A DNA stretch of 64,000 nt from Felis catus. Its lineage: Eukaryota. Location of the stretch: assembly GCF_018350175.1 (NCBI RefSeq), contig NC_058368.1, forward strand, positions 194,062,001-194,126,000. Reading direction: 5' to 3'. Positions 39,620-51,710 of the stretch are shown one piece after another. Within the stretch, counting starts at the first letter, position 1. Every line of letters starts with the position of its first letter. Below the pieces are notes generated by a model. It worked only from the letters and a program-made list of their open reading frames with translations. It searched no databases and had not been told where the DNA came from. Made by a program: the position numbers and the translations under genes.

Positions 39620-42054
39620 ACCACATCTTTATCCATTCATCCACTGATGGACACTGGGGCTGTTTCCATAAGTTACTATTGTTGATAATGCTGCTATAAA
39701 CATCGGGATGTGTGTATCCCTTTGAATTCATGTTTTTGTATTCTTTGGATAAATACTTAATAGTGCAATTACCATATCATAAGGTAATTCTATTGTTAAC
39801 TTTTTGAGGAACCTCCATATTGTTTTCCAGAGTGGCTGCAACTAGTTTGCATCCCCACCAACAGTGGAAGAGGGTTCACCTTTCTCACATCCTTGCCAAC
39901 AACCTATTGTTCCCTGTGTTGTTGAGTTTAGCCATTTTGACAGATGTGAGGTGATATGTCCTTGTAGTTTTGATTTGCAGTTCCCTGACGATTAGTGGTA
40001 ATGAGCATCTTTTAGTGTATCTGTTGGTCATCTGCATGTCTTCTTTGGAAAAAATGTCTAATTTTTAATAGTATTATTCATTTTGGGAGTGCTGAATTTT
40101 ATAAATCCTTTTTATATTTTGGATACTACCCTTTATCAGATTTGTCATCTGCAAATATCTTTTCTCATTCCTTAAGATGCTTTTTAGTTTTGTTGAAAGT
40201 TTTCTTCTCTGTGTGGATGGTTTTTATTTTGATGAAGTCACAATAGTTTATTTGTGCTTTTGTTTCCCCTGCCTCTGAAGACATATTTAGAAAGAAGTTG
40301 CTACAGCTGATGTCAAATAAGTCAGTGCCTATATTCTCCAGGATTTTTATGGTTTCAGGTCTCACATTTAGGTCTTTAATCCATTTTGAGCTCACTTTTG
40401 TGTATGATATAAGAAAGGGGTCCCTTTTCATTATTTTGTATGTTGCTGTCCAGTTTTCCCAACACCATTTGTTGAAGACACTGTCTTTTAGCCATTGGAT
40501 ATTCTTTCCTACTTTGCTGAAGATTAATTGACCATATGGTTGTGGGTTCATTTCTGGGTTTTCTATTCTGTTCTATCAATTAATGTGTCTATTTTTATGC
40601 CAGTACCATACTGCTTTGATTACTACAGCTTTGTAATATAACTTGAAGTCTGAAAGTGTGATGCTTCCAACTTTGTTTTGATTTTTCAAGTTGATTTGGC
40701 TATTTGAGGTCTTTTCTGGTGTTCTAGCCCTATTAAAAAGTGTTTTTAGCATTTTGAGAGAGATTTCATTAAATATGTATATTGCTTTCGGTAGTAAAGA
40801 CATCTTAACAATATTTATTCTACCAATCTATGAGCATGGAGTATCTTTCCATTTCTTTGTGTCATCATCAATGCTTTCATTAGTGTTTAATAGCTTTTAG
40901 AGTACATGTCTTTCACTTCTTTGGTTAGCTTTATTTCTAGGTATTTTATTATTTTTGTTAAAATTGTAAATGGGATTTTTAATTTCTCTTTCTGCTACTT
41001 CATTATTGGTATATATAAATGCAACAGATTTATGTATGTTGATTTTGTATCCTGCAACTTTACTGAGTTCGTGTATCAGTTTTAGTAGGTTTTTAGTGGT
41101 CTTTTAGGGTTTCTATATATAGTATCATGTCATCTGCAAAGAGTGAACGTTTTACTACTTCCTTGCAGATTTGGATGCCTTTTATTTCTTTTTCTCATCT
41201 TGTTGCTGTGGCTAGGACTTCCAGAACTGTATTGAATAAAAGTGGTAAGAGTAGACATCCTTGTCTTGTTCACGACTGCAGAGGAAAAGCGTTCAGTTTT
41301 TTTTCCCATTTAGGATGATATTAGTTGTGGGTTTTTCATATATGGCCTTTATTATGCTGAGCTATGTTCCATCTAAATGTACTTTGTTGAGGATTTTTAT
41401 CATGAATGGATGTTGTACTTTGTTAAATTCTTTTTCTGCATCTTTTGAAATGATCATGTGGTTCTTATCATTTCTTTTATTAATGTGATTTATCACATTG
41501 ACTGACTTATGAATATTGAACCACTGTTGCAGCATAGGAATAAGTCTTACTTGATTGTGGTGAATGATATTTTAAATGTATTGTTGGATTAAGTTTGCCA
41601 ATATTTTGTTGAGGGTTTTTACATCTATGTTTACCAGAAATATTGGCCTGTAGTTGCCTTTTTTAGTAATGTCTACCTGGTATTGGTATTAGGTTTTGGT
41701 ATTAGGTTAATGGTGGCCTCATAGAATGGTGGCCTCTTACACTGTTTTGGAATAGTTTGAGAAGAATAGGTATTAACTTTTCTTTAAATATTTGGTAGAA
41801 TTTGCCTGTGAAGCCATCTAGTCCTGGACTTTTGTTTGTTGTGGTTTTTTTTGTTTTGTTTTGTTTTCTTTTGTTTTGTTTTGTTTTGTTTTGTTTTTGA
41901 TTCCTCGTTCAGTTTCTTTGCTGGTTATTGGTCTGTTCAAATTTTCTATTCTTGCTTTAGTATCTTCTAAGCCAATGACTATGAGGAAACATTTTCCTTG
42001 TGTGTTCCCCTGTGTGCTCCTCTCTCTCTCTCTCTGTCTCTCTCTCTCTCTCTG

Positions 42055-42146
<92 letters not shown>

Positions 42147-42426
42147 TGTGTGTCTGTCTGTCTCTCTGTTTCTCTCCTCCTTCTCCACAACCATAGCTCC
42201 CTCCCCTACCATGGAACTGTGATCTGTTTCTCCCCTAAACTCCCTCTCTGCACTTCCTACCTTCTTTACTGCAGCCTCTTCTCCACCTTTAGTTGTACAG
42301 TTTGTTCTTCCAGTCTTCAGTTTGATTTCTGGAGTATTTAGGATTATTTGATAGTTACCTAGCTGTATTTGTGAGACAAGGCAAGACTATGATTCTCCTA
42401 CTGTGCTGCCATCTTCCTCTAAATTC
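39194..42426 (-). mobile_element. Carnivore LINE-1 with both termini but a large internal deletion
   Basis: TSD aca(t/g)tgatagattttt at 39177 and 42427; ORF2p peptides (YGQLIFSKVGKNIQWLKDSVFNKWCWENW); 5' terminus agaggaagatggcagc at 42420. Confidence 0.92.
42020..42160. repeat. (TC)n(TG)n microsatellite in L1 5' UTR
   Basis: Direct inspection. Confidence 0.95.
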
Positions 42427-43209
42427 ACAGTGATAGATTTTTTAACACTGCGCCAGCATTGCATCCCTGAGATACACTTTACTTGACCATGGTGTATACT
42501 TTTTTTATGTACTATTGAATTTTTTGCTAATTATGATAAGAATTTTTGTGCCCATACTCATGAAAGATGTTGGTCTTTCTTTGTACTGTCCTAGTCCTGT
42601 TTGGCATCAGTCTGATACTAGCTTCATAAAGTTGTTGAAGGTGTTTCCTCTGCTTCTAGAAGAGATTGTGTAGAATTTTTTTTTTAATTTGGTAGAATTC
42701 TCCAAGATCATCTGGGCCTGGAGATTTTTTATTTCATATTGAAGTGTTATGGTAGCTTCAAGGAATTGATCCAGTTCATCTAAGTTTTCAAATTTGTATG
42801 TCTAGAGTTGTTCATAGTATTGCCTTATTATCTTTTTTATGTCTGCATGGCCTATAATAACATCTTCTGTGTCATGACTGATAAGAATTTGTGAGCTCTC
42901 CCTTTTTGTGTTTATCAATCTTGCTAGAGTTTAGTCAATTTTGCTGGTCTTTTCAAAGAGCTAGATATTTATATCATTGATTTTTCTCTATTTTTTATTT
43001 TATTTTTCATTGATTTCTTCCCTAATATTTATTATTGCCTTCTTTTTGCTTATTTATGCTTTATTTTGTGCTTCTTTTTCTAAGTTTTTGAGGTAGGAAC
43101 TTTATTGATGTGAAAATTTTCCTCTTTTCTAATGTAAACTTAATGCCACAAGTTTTCCTTGTTGCACTGCTTTAGTCGTGTCACAGGGATTTTGATATGT
43201 TGTGTGTGT

Positions 43210-44524
43210 TTTATTTAAAACTTTACTTTTTTAAAGACCAGCTTTAGGTTCATAGGAAAATTGAGGGGAGGGTACAGAGACTTCCTATATAGCCTCCCTC
43301 ATTATCAGCATCTCCTACCAGAGTGGTACATTTATTAGAATTGATGAACCTGCTCTGACGTGTTACAGTCACTGAAAGTTCATAGTTTGTATTACAGCTC
43401 ATTGTGCCATTTTAAATTCTATGCATTTTGACAAATGCATGATAGGTACCCACCATTGCGGTATGATGTAATTTCACTACCCTAAAAATCCTACATGTTC
43501 TGCTCTTTCATCCCTATCTCTCCCCAGTCACTGGAAACCACTGGTCTTTTTACTGTCTTCATGATTTTCCCTTTCTCAGAATGTCCTATAGGTGGAATTA
43601 CATAGTATGTAGCATTTTAATATTGGCTTCTTTAGCTCAGTAATATGCATTTAAACTTCCTCCATGTTTTTTTTTTTCATGGTTTGATAGCTCATTTACT
43701 TTTAGTGCTGAATACTGTTTCATTGTCTGGATGTACCAGAGTTTATTTATTCACCTATTGAAGGACATCTTGGTTGCTTCTAAGTCCTGGCCATTATGAA
43801 TGTAAAGCTGCTATGAACATCTCTGTACAGGTATTTGAAGATAAATTTTCAACTCCTTTGGGTAAATACCAAAGAGTATGATTACTAGATTGTATGGTAA
43901 GAGTATGTTTAGTTTTGTAAGAAACCACCAAACTGTCTTCCAAAGTGGCTATACAGTTTTGGATTCCCACTCTCATGAATTAGACTTGCTCCCACTCCTC
44001 AATCTCTCTGGCAGTTTATTTACTCAGTGTTTTGGATGTTGAGCACTCTAATAGGTGTCAGTATTATCTCATTGTTGTCTTAATTTGTATTTTCTTGATG
44101 ACATATCATGTGGAACATGTTTTTGTTTATACGTTTATTCAAATCCAGGTTAGTTAATATGCAGTGTAATAATGGTTTCAGTAGAATTTAGTGATTCATC
44201 ACTTACATATAACACCCAATTCTCATCCTACCAGGTGTCCTCCTTAGCACCCATCCCTGATTTAGCCTATCTTACCTCCCCTCCAGCAACCCTTATGTCT
44301 GTTCTCTGTATTTAAGAGTCTCTTATGGTTTACTTCCTCTCTCTTTTTTTTTTATCATATTTTTCCTTCCCTTTCCATACGTTAATCTCCTTTGTTTCTT
44401 GAATTCCACATGAGTGAATCATTTGTCTTTCTCTGACTTATTTTGCTTAGCATAATACATTCTCATTCCATCCACATTGTTGCAAAGGCACAGTTTATTC
44501 TTTTTCATCACTGAGTAATATTCC

Positions 44525-44557
<33 letters not shown>

Positions 44558-46100
44558 ACATGCGCGTGTGCACACACATATGTGTATACACACTACATCT
44601 TCTTTATCCATTCATCAGTAATGGACATTTGGGCTCTTTCCATAATTTGGCTGTTGTCAATAATGCTGCTATAAACATTGGAGTGCATGTACCCCCTTCG
44701 AATCAGCATTTTTGTGTCCTTTGGATAAATACTTAGAAGTTCAATTGCTGGATAGTAAGGTAGTTCTATTTTTAACTTTTTGAGGAACCTCCATATTGTT
44801 TTCCAGAGTGGCTGCACCAGTTTACATTCTGACCAGCAGTGCAAAAGTGTTCCCCTTTCTCTGCATCCTCACCAACATCTGTTGTTTCCAGAGTTGTTTA
44901 GGTTAGCCAGTTTGACAGATGTGACATGGTATCTCATTGTGATTTTGATTTGTATTTCCCTGATTATGAGTGATGTTGAGCATCTTGTCATGTGTCTGTT
45001 AGGCATGTGGATGTCTTCTTTGGAAAAATGTCTATTCACGTCTTCTGCCCATTTCTTCACTGGATTGTTTGTTTTTTGGGTGTTGAGTTGGCTAAGTTCT
45101 TTATAGATCTTGGATACTAATCCTTTATCCAATATATCATTTGAAAATAGCTTCTCCCATTCCATCAGTTGCCTTTTAGTTTTGTTGATTATTTCCTTCA
45201 CTTTACAGAAGCTTTTTATCTTGATGAGGTCCCAGTAGTTCATTTTTGCTATTTGTTTCTCTTGCCTCTGGAGACATGTCTAGTAAAAACTTGCTGTGTC
45301 TGAGGTCAAAGAGGTTGTTGCCTGTTTTCTCCACTAGGATTTTGATGGCTTCCTGTCTTATATTTAGGTCTTTCATCCATTTTGAATTTATTTTTGTGGA
45401 TGGTGTTAGAAGAGTGGTCCAGATTCATTCTTCTGAATGTTGCGGTCTAGTTTTCCCAACATCATTTGCTGAAGAGACTGTCTTTTTTCCATTGGATATT
45501 CTTTGCTGCTTTGCTGAAGTTAGTTGGTCATTCATTTGTAAGTCCATTTCTGGGTTTTCTATTCTGTTTCATCAATCTATGTGACTTTTTTGTGCCAGTA
45601 CCATACTTTCTTGATGATTACAGCTTTGTAATAGAGCTTGAAGTCCAAAATTGTGATGGCTCTGGCTTTGGATTTCTTTTTCAACAAGGCTTTGGTTACT
45701 CAGGGTCTTTCAGTCCCATACAGATTTTAGTATAGTTTGTTCTAGCTCTGTGAAGAATACTGGTGTTATTTTGATAGGGATTGCATTGAGTGGGTAGATT
45801 CCTTTGGGTAGTATGGACATTTTAACAATATTTGTTCTTTCAATCCATGCTCATGGAATATTTTTCCATTTCTTTGTGTGTTCTTCAATTTATTTCACAA
45901 GCTTTCTGTACTTTTCAGCATATAGATTTTTTTACCTCTTTGGTTAGGTTTATTCCTAGGTATTTTATGTTTTTTTGGTGCAATTATAAATGGGATTGAT
46001 TCCTTGATTTCTTTTTCTGCTGCTTCATTATAGTACATAGAAATGGAACATATTTTCATATGCTCATTAGACATCTATATATCTTCTTTGATAAAATGTT
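43210..46100 (-). mobile_element. L1MC1-like 3' fragment, itself split by a younger L1
   Basis: 3' end cagctttaggttcataggaaaattgaggggagggtacagagacttcc; resumes at 46044 after the nested L1. Confidence 0.8.
44124..46043 (-). mobile_element. 5'-truncated carnivore LINE-1 (about 1.9 kb)
   Basis: ORF2p peptides [45 protein letters not shown] tggaacat(g/a)tttt at 44111 and 46044. Confidence 0.95.
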
Positions 46101-46832
46101 TTGTATTTTTATTTTCATTCATTTCAGTGATTTTTGTTTCTTTCTCTTGTGACTTCCTTTTTTACTCATGGTTCAATTAGAATGGTTCAATTAGAAGTAT
46201 ATTCTTTAGTTTTAACATGTTCAAAGATGTCACTGTTCTATTTTGCTATTGATTTATAGTTTGATTTCATTGTAGTCAGAGAAAGCACTAATTGCCATTC
46301 TTTTTAGGATTCTGGTGACATGAATGTTAGATCTTTTGTTATAGACATAAAAGTCTCTGGGGCTGTATTTATTTTGTCTATTTTTTCTGTTTTTCAGATT
46401 GGGTAATTTCTATCATTCTTTCTTCCAGCTCACTGCTTCTTCCTTCCTTCCCCTACATTTTCTTTTGAGCCCACTCAATCGCTTTCTTTTAGTTACTGTA
46501 TGTGAAGTTCTGCTCTTTACATTGGATATTCTTTATAAAATGTCTTTTTTGTGATTCTATTTTTTCATTTGTTTCAAGTGTGTTCTTAATTATTTGGTAA
46601 AGCATTATGATGGCTGCTGTAAAACCTCTGTCAGGCAAAACTTCACCATAAAAACAAAAGGAGGGGCAGACATACTCCCACTGCAAGAGGTTCTGCTCAA
46701 ACTTTTCATGAAGAAATAAAACAAAACCCTTGTCAGCTGAGTTTAGCCTCTCCTCTCATTGTCGGCATCTATTAATTGTCTCTTGTATGCAATTTTAAAT
46801 CTTCCTGGTTCTTGGTATGATGAACGATTTTT

Positions 46833-47047
46833 TTTAAATGTTTTTTAACGTTTATTTATTTTTGAGACAGAGAGAGACAGAGCATGAACGGGGGAGGGTC
46901 AGAGAGAGGGAGACACAGAATCCGAAACAGGCTCCAGGCTCTGAGCCGTCAGCACAGAGCCCAACGTGGGGCTCAAACTCACGGACCGCGAGATCATGAG
47001 CTGAGCCGAAGTCAGCCGCCCAACCGACTGAGCCGCCTAGGCGCCCC
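46833..47047 (-). mobile_element. Felid CanSINE
   Basis: CpG-rich full-length copy; TSD atgatgaa(c/t)gattttt at 46817 and 47048. Confidence 0.96.
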
Positions 47048-49850
47048 ATGATGAATGATTTTTAATTGAAACGTGGATATTTGGGGTATTATGTTTTAGA
47101 TCTTAAGATCTTATTTACACCTATTTTAGTTGGTTCTTCTGACAACAGTCTGGTGGTGCACATGAGGGAGCATTCTACTTCATTACTACCAGTTGCTAGT
47201 AGAAGTCCTGGTTTCCCACTTGGTCTTCACATATACTTTCATTTACACCTTAGTGGGAGTGAACTCTTCATTACTGCTGGCATTTTTGGGACTTCTCATT
47301 CCCACTAGACTTCCACTATTGCCTCACAGTCTGGGAAAAGTAAGAATCCTCCTTGCTGCTCCTCAGTGGCCCCACTTAAAGCTTGGAGAAGGAGTAACCT
47401 TTTTACCATTGGGTAACAGGGAAGTCCTGACTCACCATTAGGCCTCCTGTTATATGGTGGGCCTCTTTACTGCTGTGTTAGGATGGCAGTCCAGGTTCCC
47501 CATGTACTTTGCTTTGACATTGTCAGAGAGTGGGACTTGTTACTGCCCAGTATAGATGAAAGTCCCAAATCTTCATTTGGCCTTCTCAGATATCATGCTG
47601 GCAGAGTTGGGTAAGGTTGGGCTCCTTACTGCAGCTTCATGAGGATGGAAGTTTAGGCTTCTGACTTAGTTTTTGCTGGTGTGAGTGTGGATGAGGTCAT
47701 ATTTTTTTCTGTGGTATTTGGCTGCAGTAGAGGAATTATTACCTAAAAGTTTTCTATTGTATCAGGCAGTCCCTTTTCATTTAGCAGACTTTTCTTGTGT
47801 CTTTATTATGCCCACTGGCATTTCTAAGCTACTGGCATCTCCAGTACCTAGTCAGGATATATAAGGCAACAAGAAACCAAGAGAATTCATTGTTCAGGGC
47901 ACAATTGCCTACTAGTCTGCCATCTTCTTCTCAGAGTTGTCTTATGTTTGTTTTATACTTAATGTCCAGGGGTTTTGTTTGTACTTAGTAGGAGAAATAG
48001 GGGAAAGTACATCTGTTCTATCCTTCCAAAAGCAGGAATCTGATGCCCTACTTTTAATGATAGACACATACTTAGAAGCATGCCTGATGTCAAGTGGTTT
48101 ATATAGAGAGACATTTTTTTAAATATGTATAGGAAACCTGGGGTTTTGGAGAAATGAGTAAAGGACCAGAGAAGAAAAAGATAATCCAGTTTTCAGTGAC
48201 TGGCAAAAAATCTGATGTAGCTGTGATGTAATGGGTGCATGGTAAGGACTAAGGAGAAGTGGCTGGAGATAACGACCTTGAGCAGTTTGGATTTCTTCTG
48301 TGCCATTGGAAAGCCATTGAAGCCTATTGCTAAGAGCAGAGCACGACTCAAGGGCACTTTCAGGGTAGCACCCCTTAACATCCTCACCTGGGGTAGATGA
48401 GCTAGGGACAGGTAGAGATTTTCTGGAGGGGCAGGAAGGGACAGAAATATCTCATGTAATAGATTACATGGGTCATTGAAACACTTAACCATTGTAATAT
48501 GGTTGTACACGGTCAAAATAGAGGTTGTCCAGGATTGGTTTGTGTGCTGGACAAAAAAAAATGCCACAGTGATTTACACAAAAGCTAGTAACACCATCCT
48601 GCTGATTATCGTGTGTACCTGTGATCTCTACAGTTTATTTCATAATGATAAATTATGTAATTAGACTTCCATCACTATAGATATAAACACTGCAGAAAAC
48701 TTGATTGCGGTTTTGTATTCCCTTGGTGCATTTGCAGAATCAATTATGCCATATTTTCAATATGACAAACTACTGGAGAGATTGCACATGATTTTTTTTC
48801 TTCTTCATTTTTGTATTGTAATTTGACAAGTAATTATCACTCCAGGCAAGGTGTATTGTTCCTGCGAAGAAGCATTTGGGGAAACTGGAGCCCAGAGTGA
48901 GAAGTCCTTTTTCAGGTTCCCTTTTACTCTCCTATCCTTTAGACTATGTCTCAGTCACCTCCTGCTGGCTTTGAGCTAAGTATGGATCCTTTTGTTTTGG
49001 AGACTAAGCTGTGGGTGGAGTCAAAGGACTTAGAACTGAGGTTTCTTCTAAATCTTAAATGCATTTTTATAACCATTCAATCTTTGTAGTGAACCCTTTT
49101 TAAATGAAACCTATTTGAACATCAATGCAGAAAATAGATAAGTGCTCTGACTGAAACGAGCCATGGGCCTGGATGTCTGCCTGCCTCTGACAACTTCTTC
49201 TATTAAGGGAACCCCAGACATCTTCAGGAATTTAGGTCTGATTGGAAACCTTATAGTTCTATGTGACTTGGCTCCATTCTTTGATTTCACAGATGAGAAA
49301 GTCCATTCATTCATTTGTCCCACAAATATTTATTGAGTACCCACACTGTCAATCACTGTGTAAGAGCTGAGAATAACAAAACACAGGGTAAGGGACTCAT
49401 GAGGACTCTTGATACTTAGTCTGCAACCCTCTCTAGAACACCACACACCCTTTAATAGCCATACACACATGAGGCTTCTGCTTCTGCTAAATTTTTTCCA
49501 TTCCCTGTCCCCCTGAGGTAGGCAGTGACCTCCTGTTCTCTGCTTTCCCAGTAAGTCCCCAAATTAAAATATATGCACCATATTCCTTCTAAGAAAATTT
49601 AGTTGTCCCATATTAGTACTGAAAGGAAGAAGGTATTCCAGGACAGCATGAGTTATAAAACCATGACTATTTTCTTCACACAGGTGCATGGGTGTGCCTT
49701 TGCTTTCTGAGCCCAACAATTGATAAAGAGTTTCTGCTATCTCCAGCTTTCTCTTACTCCAGATGTTTTTTCCTTTGAAGAAAGAAGACCTTCTCTAATC
49801 CACAAACTATATTGCTTGTCTCATGTATATAGTTTGGGAGAACAATAGAA

Positions 49851-50320
49851 CTAGGGCTGTCAGATTGAGCAAAAAATACAGAATATCCAGTTACATTTTT
49901 TTTTTTAAGATTGAGGTATAATTGACATTTAACATTAATTTCAGGTGTACAACATAACATTTCAGTATTTGTTTACATTACAAAAGGATCCCCACAATAA
50001 GTCTAGGTAACATCTGTCACCATATATAGCTAATATTTTTTTTCTTGTGATGAGCAGTTTTAAGATCTACTCACTTAGCTAGGTTCAAACATGCAATACA
50101 ATATTATTGTCTCCTTTGCAACTTGTTAAAATGTAAATTTGAATTATAGATAAACAATGAATACTCTTTAGTATAAGCATGTCCCAAATATTGTATGGCA
50201 CATACTAAAAACTTATTTGAAACACTATTTTTAGGATAAATATTATTGCATGGGTATACTTACATTAAAATGTTATTTGTTATCCAAAATTTAGACTTGA
50301 CTGTCATGTATCCTCTTTAT
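49851..50320. mobile_element. hAT MER33-like element split by an L1 3' fragment
   Basis: ctagggctgtcagattgagcaaaaaatacagaatatccagtta...aaatttgaattatagataaacaatg...gcatgtcccaaatattg. Confidence 0.75.
49896..50110 (-). mobile_element. L1 3' UTR fragment
   Basis: T run then ttgaggtataattgacatttaacattaatttcaggtgtacaacataa...tttaagatctactc. Confidence 0.88.
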
Positions 50321-51490
50321 ATAGAGAGAGATTATCTATTTATCATCTATCTCTCTATGTATCTATCTGTCTGTCTGTCTCTAGTGTGTGTGTGTTTATG
50401 TGTGTTCTGCCTCACAGAGCCATCCTGCTGTTAGTAAGGATAGGGAAAATTGATTCATTGCTCGCAGCATTTCAGGATTGTTGAGGGGGAAAAACAGTTA
50501 TGGAAATGCAAGCTGTTATTATGCAGTTAGGTTTCCTGGCCCATTGGAAAAAAATACTGTGCTTAATTTAAGAGTTATTTGCATTGCTTATAGGACAGCA
50601 CAGATATATTTTCAGTCTGTCAAGCTCTTTCTCAAATGCTATGGGTTCTGCACAGCTTAAACGAATTTTGCCAGCCATGTTCCCATATTGAGGAGCCGAA
50701 GACATATGTTTCTGATTCATTTACACTGAACCGATCAAATTGTTTTTTTTTTTCTTTTTTTCTTTCTAAACTCTTAGATGCTTGCAGGGTTTCAGGAAAT
50801 ATTTTATTTTGATGTTCTAGAGTTGTTATTAACGGAGGTACTGGTATTAATTCCTCCACCTCCTCCTTTTCTACAGTTTAATTACTGATCAAGCAGGAGG
50901 TAGAATTATAAAGTGGCAGCCTTCTGAGCTGGATTTGTTCTGTCCAGAAAATTGAATGAATGTTAATAGCATCAGTCTTTTGGAAAATACAAATTTCAAA
51001 GAGCATGAGTAATCAAGTTCATATCTGAAACTGCTATGAGTAAGGTACCCAACAAGTTCAGCCCTTTAATTACTAGCATTGATTTATAGCAAAGATAGCT
51101 GAAGCTTTTAGTATCTAGTTTGATGCCTGTAGCAAACACAGAGATCCAATTTATTCTAGGTATCAAAGTGCTAAGGAGCACTCCATCTGTCCCTTTGCTT
51201 GATTGTCGATTTTTAAATAACCACAAACAACAGAAAGAAATAGAATTCCATTTGTACCATTATGGTGGATTCAAACCACAGGGTAAAAGCCCCAGAATAA
51301 TGACTAATAAATGCTGTGAAAACACGTTGTTATAGCTTGACATTGACTGTGACACACACATCAGTATTACTTTTTTTTTTTTTTTTCAAAAATATAAGAG
51401 TAAATAGAAAATTTTCATGTAACTCACATGGATTAGTATTCCCAGAAGGTAATATGAAGGTGATTTTAAAAATTCAACGTGATTTAAAAA

Positions 51491-51710
51491 GCCACCTGGG
51501 TGGCTCAGTTAAGTGTCTGACTTTGGCTCAGGTCATGGTCTCATGGTTTGTGAGTTCCAGTTGGTTAAGTGTCTGACTTCGGCTCAGGCTGTGATCTCAT
51601 AGTTGATGAGTTCAAGCCCCACATTAGGCTCTCTACTGTCAGCAGAGAGCCTGCTTTAGAGCCTCTGTCTGCCCACCAACCCCTCTCAAAAATAAATACA
51701 CATTAAAAAC
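51491..51710 (+). mobile_element. CanSINE with duplicated head segment
   Basis: Two tandem copies of gttaagtgtctgactt.ggctcagg...tgagttc; degenerate TSD aaaat(t/c)caac(g/c)tga. Confidence 0.9.

Larger units (their letters stand above)
36085..48040 (-). mobile_element. Ancient LINE-1 (L1MC/L1MD-like) scaffold interrupted by nested insertions
   Basis: Old 3' end ttttattttgagataat at 36100; ORF2 pieces 37100-39190, 42430-43200, 46110-46300; ORF1 46310-46620; L1M-like 5' terminus near 48040. Confidence 0.75.

Noticed and set aside
41861..42341. Overlapping RERE/HTHT/SLSL ORFs
   Set aside because: Translations of (TC)n(TG)n microsatellites.
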